From assembly GCA_965153285.1 (NCBI GenBank), contig OZ229113.1: 64,000 bases of DNA; one strand, given 5' to 3'. The notes under the pieces are model-generated. The model was not told the origin of the DNA. It ran no database searches and saw only the letters and a program-made list of their open reading frames with translations. The translations under genes were made by a program, and so were the position numbers. Below, one piece after another: positions 27,140-39,418 of the stretch. Position 1 is the stretch's first letter. Each line of letters begins with the position of its first letter. The stretch is from Podarcis tiliguerta. Lineage: Eukaryota.

Positions 27140-30100
27140 AAAGCCAATGGCTTCAGTAAGAAAAATATTTTACTATAATTATTTGTCTAAAAATAGGGGC
27201 CATGTTATGGTTTACAAGTTTGCCATAATAAGTTAAAGTCCAAAATACATTTACTTCTTTGCAAAAGAACTCTAAATCTTCAAGTAAACCTTAAAACTAA
27301 TTGGGTTCTGCAAGCTACTGCACCAGCACAGCAACTCATAGGGGGCACAGTTAAGGATGCCAGTAAGCTGGCTCCAGCATAATCAAATCAGTATGGGTGG
27401 GGAAGAAAATCAAGGTCCACCAGAGATGGCTGCCTTTCTGTTCTTTAGAAACTTCTAGAAGCTATCCTGATCAATGAGATACCCAACTTATCAGCGTCTG
27501 GAAATCTGTAACAGTTTGACTTCCATGAAGCTTAATTTTACCTATATTTGACCCAAACATGTATGGTTTTCACTTGTAACTTTGCCTTGCCATGTAAAAT
27601 CATCATTTGGCAACATAAAACTTCAATAAAAATGGATTACAGAAAGCTGTGAAAAGCTTTCTCTTCTTGCCAAGCCAAGCAAGAAGGGTAATCCCTTTAA
27701 TATATGGAAGGGCTATAACCAATTTTTAAAGGCAACAGGAGTTGGCCTTGTGTTGGAAAGTTTAGAAAAAAATGTGAGATGTACGTTTCTCTCATTACGA
27801 GAAAAATGCAATTTATGGTTGCATTCCAACATTGTGCAAGTGGATTTCCTCTCGCATAACAGGACTTCACCTTCCTCTCCCCCAAAATCTGCTACAAATG
27901 GTCTTTACCTCCCCAACCCCCCAGAGGAGATTGAGGGGGTATGCCAGGGCCGTATGAGGAGAGGGGGAAGGAGAATTCCCATAGTGCAAGAGGAAGTTCA
28001 TTTCTCACATAGCTATCTGCTGATAAAATGCTGTATTCTATCTACTGATACTGTAAGGACAGCCTGAGAATAAGTTTGACGTTTTCTTCCATTCCATCAA
28101 CAATCTCTGATTCACATTCTCAATTTATTTGGTTCACCTCTTGTTGCTGTACACCTAAAAAATTCAAGTCTCTTTAAAAGTAAAGACTGGTCTGCTTCTT
28201 TATATCCGAAGTAAGAAACAATGGCCCCGAGTTCCCATGAGCTACTGAGGCTCACAAGTGGATTTCTTTGTATTTGCTTCTTTCAGCAGCTGATAACCAT
28301 GAATTCAGAACACCTATGACTTATGACAATCTACTTTCAAAATCCAGATTTTAAAAGCAGTTTGCTTTGCAGGATGGGTTAGGAGTTAGAAGATCCTTAG
28401 GTTCTTAGAACTAGATGTCCAGCTCTTTGAATCCTGATCAAGTAGTTGGTGGTCCTACCAATAGCAATATAATCTTCAGTATCTACACAAAGACTACAGG
28501 GCAGTTCACACACAGCATCCTGCTCTTTACACAATTGGTTCTGCTCCTTGAAAACATTCTCCGTGCCCTTTGTCCACCACCACAAAAAACAACCACTCAG
28601 ACCTAGGTTTCAGCAATGTTCTTTGAGCCACATTGTACAGTACATTTCGCTCTACACACATGATTATGACGATCTTTGACAAAGTGCCTATGTAGACAAA
28701 CACAGAGTAACCTGGGCAATGAGATATAATGTTTGTTAACTACCTCCTCAACAATGGCACATTTTTAACCACCATAATTAGGAAAATTTCTGACCATTGT
28801 ATCTCAGGTTTGCACATATTTGAGGGTGAGACCCCAAAAAACACTCAGTATTGTTTGCATTAACATTGCAACACTCTGTGAGCGTTTTGACACATTAGGA
28901 TTAAAGATTAATCCCTATGTCATTAATTGCAAATTTAGAAGCAAATCTAAATCTGAAATAAGTAAACAATGAGATGTTTACTTCAATGCTGCTGACTAAT
29001 ATCAGCAGCCAGAAAATACCAGTTTTCTTATTAACAAGAATGGAGTGTTTTCAAGAGTCCTGGAATATTTAGTTTCAATACTTTCTACAAAAGCATAGAC
29101 TGAAATTGCTACTTCAACTTTTTTTATGGAATGGTTAAAAAGACTGTTCTCTGAATTGCACAAACTGTAACTAAAGCAAAGGTAGAGTTATCTGCATTAT
29201 GGAATTTTTCAGTAGTAATAACTGATCAAAACCAAAAAAATCCAAGTTTTACACTAGCCTTGCTTGGGGCACAACATTAGACTATAGTTTAGTGTTACAT
29301 GAATAAGTCTCAGGTGCAAGCACTCCCTCAAGTAAAATTTGAACAGGCTAGTCTTAATTTTGGATTCTTGCAACAAGCCAGCTTCAAAATAGTGGCTTAT
29401 GAAGCTGGCTTCTTTCAGTAAACCATAGTTAAGACTAGCCACAGTTTAGCACTAAACTAAACCATAGTTTTAGAATTATACTTGAACAAAGTCAACATAC
29501 CATACAATCATGGAGTTTCCAGTGATAACACATACAATTGCAAACTTCCTTCAGCACATGAGTAGAAACCATAATGTTTGCCTCTTACTACCTTATACTA
29601 GAAATACTAAGAGGTGTCCAATAGTGATGATTCCCCATGGCTAATGTTAAGGAATGCATTAGATTTTTGGTAGGATCTGCAGAACAGCTCTTGGTAAAGT
29701 GCTACTATCTAAAGCACATTCAAGCTTCAATGCAACATTAAGAAAAGTGCTTTTAAATGCCATTTAAGATGAACTTCAGCTGTGCTATCTGCATTAATAC
29801 TGCTACTACCAGGCCAGTTCACAGTCAATACATATTCCTGGGAAATGCCAGGAAACAATGCCAACACTATCTCCCTCATTACTTCAGAATGGTTTAATTC
29901 CATTTTCAAGTAAAGAAGTCTGGAGGTTCTGTTATTAAATTAATAAAATAAAATCATGCTTCAGAAACAATGTTTCTGATCATTGGCTTTCCTTAACAAA
30001 TGAGCTCATGTTTTCCTGTAGCTCAAGTATTAACAATATTTTCTTCTTTATATAGCTAATCCCTTACAAGGGACACAGGGAAGGAACTAATGTACACTGA

Positions 30101-30195
30101 ACAGTCCAACATGCTAATGGATTTAGGTTAGGACATATAGAGCCCTGCTTAGTTATGGAACTGAAGAAAATAAAATGGGATAAGAACACTGAAGC

Positions 30196-30863
30196 TTAGA
30201 TGAAATTTGTCTTTCGTAAATGCCTGTTTGGAATTTCTACAGCACTAACTTGGAGGGGCCAAGATCCCCCCACAATTCCAGCCTGAATGGCCACCCCTAT
30301 TACCACAGCTAGATCTGGGTCAACGGAAGTGTTGGGTTTCTTCCCAAAGAATTCTGTAATAACTTTACGTATTCTTGGAATTCGGGTGGAGCCTCCAACT
30401 AATACAATCTCATCTACTTCAGTCTTGTGTAGATGTCCTTCTTTCAATACCTGCTTAATGGGAACAAGAATCTTCTCAAAAAGGTCTTCATTTAATGTCT
30501 CAAAGAGTTTCCGGGAAATTTCTGTTTCAAAGAGAACTTTTTTCCAAGGGACGTTAAGACTGCCCTTCAGGTCCTCATGCATCCCTGTTTCGATTTCGGA
30601 AGGGACATTTTCATGTTTGCTGTATACCTTGTTCTCTTCCTTCAAGGGTTCATGCTTGTCCTTCCGCTGTGGCATAGTAAGAGAAATTCTGATTGTGGAA
30701 GAGTTGTGAACTGTCAAGTTCAATTTGACAGCTTCTACAGCCTGTCTGAGTCTATGTATCTCTTCCTTTTTAGAAGGCAGAGAGCCATATGTGTGATGCA
30801 TCTCATCATATAGGTATTGCATCAGTCGCTGATTGAAGTCCTGCCCTCCAAGTTTGTTGTTAC
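30196..30863 (-). CDS. HSPA13: HSPA13 exon 5 (LGGQDFNQRL...IVLVGGSTRIPRI...HLRKTNFI*)
   Basis: Hsp70 ATPase motifs; ends with no substrate-binding domain, typical of STCH; tttag| acceptor. Confidence 0.97.
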
Positions 30864-30925
30864 CTAAAATACAAAGCCGACATACAGACAACTCACAGCA
30901 ATTGAAGACAATGATATGTATAGCT

Positions 30926-31039
30926 TAGAAGCATCGAACTGAGAAGTTGGAAGAGACCATGAGGGTCATCTAGTCCAACCCCCTACATGACCCCATGACT
31001 CCAAAATTAAGAGTCTCTTGCTCCACTGAATGAGCTATC
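30926..31039 (-). mobile_element. Degraded tRNA-Lys-derived SINE with CR1-like tail
   Basis: similar to 45814-45972. Confidence 0.6.
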
Positions 31040-31622
31040 TCATAAAACAGGTGGTTTCACTGAGCCCTTGAGAAGCTGCCACAGACAGCTGGTTGGCTGT
31101 ACTGAGCTTGGTGCATCATAACCTGGCTTAAGCTAGTCACAAGTATAGGTTTATTTGGAAGCAAGTTCCACAAAAAAAAAATCATTGGTGCTCACTGTCC
31201 AGAAAATATATTAGGAATAAATGGGACACACAAAAATTAAGGCCAATAACTCGCCTCTCTGACCTCTATGTCCACCTCATCATAGGGAAGACTCACAGAT
31301 TTATTTATTTTCTTTATATCCCGCCTTTCTTCCATTACAGGACCCAAGGCATTCATTCATGACCCGTTTACTGCAACATCAAGTGTTAATTTGCATGCAT
31401 GGGCAGGCCATCACAAGGACTTCTACATCTTTCCATGTAATCTTAACTACAGCATTTTTCAATGAAGTCAGTTCACATATTCAGCTACCGGTGAGAAGCA
31501 CGAGTGTATCCAATGGTATACAAGCAGGGAGGAAAGATGTAGAACCAACCTACAGCTTGCTGTATTAGACCTGCCAAGTAAAATTATTTTAGTGACTCAA
31601 AGCATTAAAGACTCTTCTTTAC

Positions 31623-31790
31623 CTGCCATGGCTCGGGTCAGAAACATCCCTCCTTGCTTATTCAGCAGAGAAACATCCAACGTTCCTCCACCCAAGTCTA
31701 CGACCAGAACGTTAGAAACATCAACTTTGTGGAGACCATATGCCATGGCTGCTGCAGTGGGTTCATTAATTACCCGCAAGATTTCCAGTC
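31623..31790 (-). CDS. HSPA13: HSPA13 exon 4 ([16 protein letters not shown]...[11 protein letters not shown])
   Basis: Hsp70 signature; phase 1-1; GT-AG. Confidence 0.97.
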
Positions 31791-32143
31791 CTTCAAAAGA
31801 AAAAATAAGTTATCAATATTTATATTTTTGCCTCCTATTCCATCTAGTAAAATAATGATTCTAAACCAAATATGACGACTGAGTGGAAATTTAAGTATAA
31901 AATGATTAAAGCTTGTAGACTTGTGCCTAACTCTCCTTCAGACAACAAATGGTTGTGTATTTGTAAGTGATTTTGTTTCCAACCCTGCTTGTCATTCTGG
32001 AGCAATTTCATTCACAATTTCTAACGCTGCACAAGTCAAAGCAAAAGACAAGTCAATGTTGACCTACTATTATATATGCTCCAAGTATGGCATTATGAAA
32101 ATAAACTGAGTTTAGCAAGAATACAAGGGGAAATGTGAATCAC

Positions 32144-32357
32144 CTGCAAGTCTTGCTGCTTTAATAGTGTAGTTTCGTTGTCTTTCATCAAACTCTGCTG
32201 GCACTGAAATAACTGCTCTGGAAACAGGCATTCCAAGGTAGTCCTCCGACATCCTCTTCAATTTCAAAAGGAGTTGAGAACCAATATATTCTGGTGTTAC
32301 ATTATAAGTCTCATTGGTTGCAATGGAAAATTCAGCAGCTCCCTTGTTATTAATAAT
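32144..32357 (-). CDS. HSPA13: HSPA13 exon 3 (VTPEYIGS...AVISVPAEFDERQR)
   Basis: GT-AG, phase 0-1, Hsp70 AVITVPAxF-like motif. Confidence 0.96.
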
Positions 32358-32920
32358 CTGAAAAACAAGAGAAAAGCAGAATCTTTAAGCTGCTATCACG
32401 TACATATGAGTGAGTGGACCCGCCTGTACACAGAATTACTCACTTAATTCTGAGTGAACATGCATAGGAGTGTGCTGTTAAGAAGTAAAATCCCTTATTT
32501 ATTCATTATATTTATATAGCCACCTCATGACAGTTCTTTGGGTGGCTCACACAGCAAAAAAAGTATACTCTAAAACAAAATTAAAACTCCATTATGTATA
32601 GGAACCACAGAAACATGCCAGAATTCATCATAGAGGCTTTATTTTTCATTTAAAAGGATTTGTCTGAACTAGACATTACCTGAAATCACATGATTTAATT
32701 AATATTTAAGAGTGGTGCAAATTTAAGCAGTTCCCAGCAGCACAAAATATAATACATACTCCTCATTTGTATGAAGCACTTCTAACCACAAGGCCCCAGC
32801 TTCACCTATTCCTAGAACAAATGAATCATCTCAGGTCTTCTAACTTGTTACACAGCAGTGAGAATTGTGAGGATCAAACACTCATTGGCAGTTAGCTGGC
32901 AAACAAAACATTAAGCTCAC

Positions 32921-33261
32921 CTTAAATGGGTATCTGCGGCTCTCACTTATCAATTCTTTTGGCGTGAAGAGCTTCCCTATAAATCGCTTAGCGTCATACA
33001 CAGTGTTCTGTGGGTTTGAATCTGCCAGCTCTAGCCCATCATATCCCACATAAATATCTCCCTCCGTGAATGACACTATGCTTGGAATGCTGTTGTGCCC
33101 ACTTTCATCAGGAATCACTTTCACCTGTCCTGTGCCAGGAAGGAAAACGCCAACTGAACAATATGTGGTGCCAAGGTCAACCCCTATTACTTTTGGTGTG
33201 GGCATAGGTAAATACTGTTGGGCCAGGTATCCAGCTAATAAAAGTGTCAAAATAGCAGAAC
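32921..33261 (-). CDS. HSPA13: HSPA13 exon 2 (hydrophobic signal, VIGVDLGTTYCSVG)
   Basis: Hsp70 phosphate-1 motif; GT-AG; phase 1-0. Confidence 0.97.
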
Positions 33262-34224
33262 CTGAAAGGAAAGAAAGAAAAATTAAAAGTCAGAAAATTA
33301 ATCCCAGAAGAAGTTAACAAGACTATCCATTTTTCCCCCATAGAATTATAGAGTTGAAAGGGTCCCAAGGGTCAACCAGTCCAAACCCCTGCAATGCAGG
33401 AATCTCAACTAGATCATACATAGCAGGTACAATTTTTAGAACAGCTATTGTGTCACTCATAAATTATATTTTTTTTAAAAGCTAAAGATCCCCAAACCAT
33501 TTAGATTTTAATACACTCCATGGTCATTTTAGCTGCGTCTACTCTAACTCTATAATATTATTTTTGAACTGTACATAATATTCCAAAAGGGGTGCATTAT
33601 GGATTTGAATCAGAACATTTTGATACTGACAGTTTTATTTTTAATTCCTTTTCTAATAATCCTAGCACATAGTGTCTTTTTCACAGCTGCCTCACACTAT
33701 TGGCATTTTCACTGTGCTATCCACTCAAATAAAATATTTCTGATGAGTCATGGGCACTGCCAGTTCTTTGAAACAGGTCCATCAAGCCTTTTTCCAGTAT
33801 TGGCAGATGGCAAACACATTGCCTGTGTAACAAACTCCAAACTAGAAAGACAATGAAAGGCACCCTCCTAGAGAAAAACTATAACTTTCATCCTCTCCTC
33901 CTTCAACTGCTTCACTAAACACCCCTCTTCCTGTGACTCTACCAATTACTGATCAGTTTCCCAGAAGCAAAATTACAGATACTGAAGTCTGCAAAGGAAG
34001 TGCTTTAACACTCTCATCCCCTAAGTCCAGGACCATCCTGAGGCAAAGCAGCAAATGAATAGCAGTGAAGCTGGTCAAATTATTTTGGTACCAGAAGCAG
34101 AAAATCCCACAAGTGCTTCTCCCCCTCCTGGGCAGTGAAGATACTATATACATGCAAAACCAAAGATCAGACGCCTGAGGTGATCACTTTTTTCCCTGGT
34201 TGGCAGCAGCTCCACCCCTCCCCC

Positions 34225-34531
34225 TCATCATCATTTATTATTTATACCCCACCCATCTGGCTGGGTTTCTCCAGCCACTTTGGGTGGCTTCCAACCGAAT
34301 ATTAAAAACGGTACAGCATCAGACATTAAAAACTTCCCTAAACAGGGCCGCCTTCAGTTGTCTTTTAAAAGTAAAATAGTTGTTTATTGCCTTGACATCT
34401 GGTGGGAGGGTGTTCCACAGGGCAGGCGCCACTACCAAGAAGGCCCTCTGCCTGGTTCCCTGTAACCTCACTTCTTGCAGCGAGGGAACCGCCAGAAGGC
34501 CCTCGGAACTGGACCTCAGTGTCCAGGCCAG
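34225..34531 (-). mobile_element. L2-clade LINE 3' fragment in HSPA13 intron 1
   Basis: ORF 34319-34540 ...GTRQRAFLVVAPALWNTLPPDVK...FKRQLKAALFREVF is a typical L2 ORF2 C-terminus. Confidence 0.82.
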
Positions 34532-34829
34532 TATATACAATACAAAAGCCTAAAAATCAGTAGAACTGTCCTACTGGGTCAGACCAAAAACTCATCTGGT
34601 CCAGCATCTTGAGCCCAAAGGGTCCCACCAGATGCCTCCAGGATTCATAGAATTGTAGAGTTGGGAGGGACTCGAGGGTCATCTAGTCCAACCCGACATG
34701 TGTCACCAAAGACAGAAGAACACAGATCTCCTGCACTTTCAGTAGTTGTGCAGCATTCCCTTTCCTACACAGCGAATTAGTGGGGGAGGGGAGTTCTGTC
34801 CTCTTTTGCCTCAAGCCACCCTATAAGCA

Positions 34830-35630
34830 GCGCATGAAGCGACGTCCCTCCCCGCGGCTGGCATTCAAACGCACAGGTAGACTGCCTCTGGAACTGGAGG
34901 CTCCCTTCAGACACCTCCAGTGCCCTGCGTGTACTCAAAAGCTTTCATTTTAGCTTCGAGTATTCCAGAGTAGAGCCCTGGGTTTCAGCGGCGGATCTAG
35001 GCCGCGGTCCCATCCCCCCCCCCAAAAAAAAGCAGCGGGAGGCAGACAGGCAGGCGAGAATTTAGGGGAGAACTAAACGAGGCGCAGAGGCTGACACAAC
35101 CACCGACCCGCTTTCAGCCGCCCCCTCTCACTCACCCAGCACCGTCATCTCCCCGGCCATTTTCGAAACTTCTCGCTGCCCCGTCTGTTGTTATGCGTGA
35201 CACTCGCCGGCTTCCGGGCCGTTTACCCGTGTGATGACTGTACCTTCGCCGCTTGGAGGAAGGGGAAAAGAAAAAAAAACTCGCGCGGCGCGGCGCATGC
35301 TGGGAAATGTAGTTCCTCTCGTCATAAAGCCCGAGCGCAGTCCGTAGGCAGAGAAACTACAATGCCCGCCAGCCAAGCATCTCGCCGGCGCGCACTCTTA
35401 CGTGCAGCGCTGACCCCTCCCCTCAAACACGTCACCCAATCCGTGCGAAGGGGCTGATGGGACGTGGGCGGAACTTTTTGGTGACGTGCAGAGGAAGAAG
35501 GAAGAAGGGTCTGTTATGACAGCCCTTCCTGCGCTTTGCCTGTCGGGAATGGTAGTTTCTTGTCTTAGCTGCTGCGTAGTTTTCCTGATGCTTATCGTTA
35601 AAGTTTTTGTTTAGTTTGGTTCTGGTAAGT
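34830..35630. promoter_or_regulatory. CpG-rich HSPA13 promoter, probably bidirectional
   Basis: dense CpG in a CpG-poor window; ZNF143-type motifs at 35295-35315, 35354-35374, 35538-35558; ETS CCGGAAG (- strand) 35211-35217; CACGTCA 35428-35434, CCAAT 35436-35440, TGACGTG 35482-35488. Confidence 0.85.
35136..35160 (-). CDS. HSPA13: HSPA13 exon 1 coding part (MAGEMTVLG)
   Basis: AAAATGG Kozak, |gtgagt donor; five exons total 1416 nt = 471 aa. Confidence 0.93.
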
Positions 35631-37391
35631 TGTATCAGCCAGTCTCCACTCCCCCGCCCCCTTTGTAATAGTTAAGGACTCAAAGCCCACCATATGCCAC
35701 GGGGTCCCCCTTCCTTCCCGCCTAAAGGCCTTTTGGATTTTCCAGAGGATGCTTAGAAGCATTTACAGGGAATGCCATTTTCAGAGCTGTGGGCTGAGCC
35801 AGTAGAGGGCGAGAGTGGAAGTGCTTGGAAGCAGCCTGTTCCTGTGAGTAGGTAGCTTCTTCCATGTGATTTGGAGCCCTGGTCGCCCCAGGATTCCCAG
35901 ACACGTTGAAAAGCCTAGCTCTGTCTTTTTGTTTATTTATTGCATTTATATACCACCTTTATATCCAAGCTGCTAAAGGTGCCACTCTTTAGCCATGAGT
36001 TTCATGACTGAGTGGGGATTCAAATCCTGGTCTCCCAAATTCTAGCCCAATGTTCTAATAATCACTGTTTTTAAGGCTGCCCAGACAAAACATATTAAAG
36101 TATTAATATAATATAAGCATTAATATAAGTATTAAATTGAGTTTTACATCACAGCAGTCTTTACATGTCAATGAAATGCTTTATGTTGACAAAAACATAT
36201 TGACAAGCACATATTTTTAGATACAAAACCACCCTCCGGGACCTTCCATAGGAGAAATTGTGATGAAAATTACTCTCTGGGAGCAGCCATCTTGCATTTT
36301 CAGCCACACAACTTTTTTCTCACCTTTTTGGAGAGGGTAATCCCAGCCCAATTAATTTTTTTCTTCCTTTTAACTCAAAAAATCTGCTGTCAAACAATGG
36401 ACAAAGGCATACTATTCTGACTGTCTTAGGAACCAGAAGCAACAAAGAATTTTGTGGCTCCTTAAAGACTTACATATTTATTGTATCACATATTTTTTGT
36501 GGACTAGAATTCACTTCTTTGGATGTGTGACATTGGTGGGCATACATTAAGTACAGAGAAAAAAATATAAGGCAGGAAAGCTGTATTGTATAAGCAGTTA
36601 TACTCATTTCCCACTAGGTGTCAGAATATTGCTGGAGATGTGGATTTGATAGGACAGTTTTGAAGTGTTTCAGATTCATAGAGAGCATATTAACCTTTGG
36701 TAATCTTTATCCAAATTTTTGCAGATGCATAAATCATAAAGAAGCCTCATCATTTTCTGCCTATTATATTTAATTCTCTAGGTCTAACAAATTCACTGAA
36801 CCTTCCTATGAAATCATTCTGGAAGCTGACAATGAAATCCATTCTTTCATTTTCACATTTACAGTCACGACGTTAACGTCATGTTAGCCACAGTGGTTAT
36901 TTTCTGGGTGAATATTCCATGAAGACAGTAGGTCCTTCACAAGTGCAGTCAAAACCATATGTTGCAAATCTTGTGTCTAAATTCAATTTATGCAATGGTG
37001 GATGCTTTCAGGTTTCTTTTTTTAAACAATCCTGATGCATTCAGCAACCACTGTTATAATAGTATTTCAACTTGGCAGGAATGTTGCATGCATATGGCGA
37101 GGGTTGGGTTGCTCTTAAGGAAGAGACGGAGTTAAATATTCTCCTTTTCACTTAAAGGGAAGACCCACCCCCCTACCCACTTTCAAAACTCATTTTTCTT
37201 CCTGCTCCACTGTTTGGAAAGAGTTGGGGTGAGGCTAAATTGCATCTTCAGGGTTCAGATGGCTGATTTGAAAGGTGGCTGTGGCAGCTTGTTATGCCAG
37301 AGGCCCCAAGCAGAGAGCAGTCAAGATCTCATGAGAGAGACAAAGGCAGGGAATAGGCACTGTTTCACTGTGACAACTGGTTCTTCAAGGA

Positions 37392-37527
37392 CAGTTATGG
37401 GCAACCTGTGGTCCTCCAAATGTTGGTGGACTCCCAAATCCCATCATTCTTAGCCAGTGTGATCATTGTCAGGAATGATGGGAATTGTAGTCCAACAATT
37501 TGGAGGTCCATAGGTTCCCCAAACCTG
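37392..37527. mobile_element. Palindromic hAT-type MITE
   Basis: CAG...CTG ends, imperfect 8-bp TSD TTCAAGGA/CTCAAGGG. Confidence 0.7.
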
Positions 37528-38272
37528 CTCAAGGGAGAGACAAGTGGTGGTGGTCAGCTATGCCTCCAGCAACCCAGCAGTTGCTCTCTTCCTCCTCCTT
37601 CCCTGCTCTTCCCCACAGTAGGAACTTTGGATGTAGAGAGATGTCCACCCTCAATGTGCTTTTGCCTGGGTGTGAATTTCTGTTATGATGTCCAGGAAGA
37701 ATGGCACCAGCTACAGAGCTCACCTCTAGTTTCCTTTAAGTTTCTCTCCCCATCATCAACGACCTCCCCCCCCCCCCCCAAAGTAAAGTGGGCAGCTTCA
37801 AGGCTCATATGTAGCGACCAGTTTCCCTGCTCTCTCTATAGTGTATTAATATTAACCTTGAGTTGTGTTGGCATGTACAGCTTAAAAGCAAGGAGATGGG
37901 AAGTTGATTGGTGTCTTATGATGAGCTCTAAATGATAGATGCTCTGACCTACTTAATAGATGCTGAATATTTTAGGATATTTCCAGACATGGCTTCTAGC
38001 TGCAGAGTGGAATGCAATCTTTCTTGAGCATCTGAAGATACACAGACAATAGCCACAGCCTGCCTACTGCATCAGAAGATTTTTGTGTAAGAAATCTTTT
38101 TATGTTTCCATTGTAATAAGAAGCAGGACTATTTATTAGTGATGAAATTCATTATCTGTGAATTTCATAGAGATCTTAAGCACAGAATTACCAGTTTAAC
38201 AGCAAAATCATATCAGCCAGTGCTAGGTAGACCAATGGCCTGACTGGTATAAGGCAGCTTATATAAGAGTAA

Positions 38273-38620
38273 AAGATAAAGGGACCCCTGACCATTAGGT
38301 CCAGTCACGGACGACTCTGGGGTTACGGCGCTCATCTCACTTTATTGGCTGAGGGAGCCGGCGTACAGCTTTCAGGTCATGTGGCCAGCATGACTAAGCC
38401 ACTTCTGGCGAACCAGAGCAGCGCATGGAAATGCCGTTTACCTTCCTGCCAGAGTGGTACCTATTTATCTACTTGCACTGGTGTGCTTTCGAACTGCTAG
38501 GTGGGCAGGAGGTGGGACCGAACAATGGGAGCTCACCCCGTTGCGGGGATTCGAACCGCCGACCTTCTGATTGGCAAGCCCTAGGCTCTGTGGTTTAACC
38601 CACAGTACCACCTGCATCTC
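38273..38620 (-). mobile_element. Sauria SINE
   Basis: A/B boxes (GGTTCGAATCC); TSD ATATAAG(A/C)GTAA at 38261-38272 and 38627-38638. Confidence 0.9.
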
Positions 38621-39080
38621 TCTCTCATATAAGCGTAAGATACCATTAAAAGACAACAACTTAGAAGTCTTTTGACAGTCATGGCAATAGCTCTATGTGC
38701 ACACATGTCTCTTTAAACTGAGTGGGGAACTTCAGGCCTAGGGACTAAATATGGTCCTCCAGGCCCCTCTCTTGGGACTCTGCCCAGGCCATGTGCCCAT
38801 GCCCTCTGTGACTGCTTTTACCTGGCTGCTTTTACCTAAAAACTGTTACTGCATCTTTGGTTGAGAGGATGGAGGTGGATGGTGATGTGTAGAAACTTCT
38901 TTTTGCATGGTTGGAACTTTGACTGCTATACAAAGTTAAGAGTTGTGTTCATTGTTCTATACACTTTTACCTCTTGCCCACCCTCTACTGACATGTGACA
39001 ACTACGTACCACTTCATTTCCCAAATAACTGCCCTGTGAACCGGTTGTGAATCGCCCTGAGATCTATGGATGAAGGGAGG

Positions 39081-39115
<35 letters not shown>

Positions 39116-39176
39116 TACTATACAAGTCAATGTCCCTCCCTTGTTGGTTCATACTGAATCTTCTTCTTGGCAGATG

Positions 39177-39418
39177 CAGTGGTACCTCAGGTTAAGTACT
39201 TAATTCGTTCCGGAGGTCTGTATTTAACCTGGAACTGTTCTTAACCTGAAGCACCACTTTAGCTAATGGGGCCTCCTGCTGCTGCTGCGCCGCCGGAGCA
39301 CGATTTCTGTTCTCATCCTGAAGCAAAGTTCTTAACCTGAAGCACTATTTCTGGGTTAGCGGAGTCTGTCACCTGAAGCGTATGTAACCTGAAGCGTATG
39401 TAACCCGAGGTACCATTG
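39177..39418. mobile_element. Tc1/mariner-type MITE
   Basis: TIRs CAGTGGTACCTCAGGTTA / TAACCCGAGGTACCATTG, TA at right flank; internal TAACCTGAAGC repeats. Confidence 0.85.

Noticed and set aside
30287-30813. + strand ORFs of 140 and 78 aa overlapping HSPA13 exon 5
   Set aside because: Antisense shadows of a coding exon; long antisense frames are common in Hsp70 genes; no independent gene structure
37408-37935. 175-aa ORF, the longest not assigned to a gene
   Set aside because: Starts inside a hAT MITE, runs through low-complexity C/T-rich sequence and has no recognisable domain
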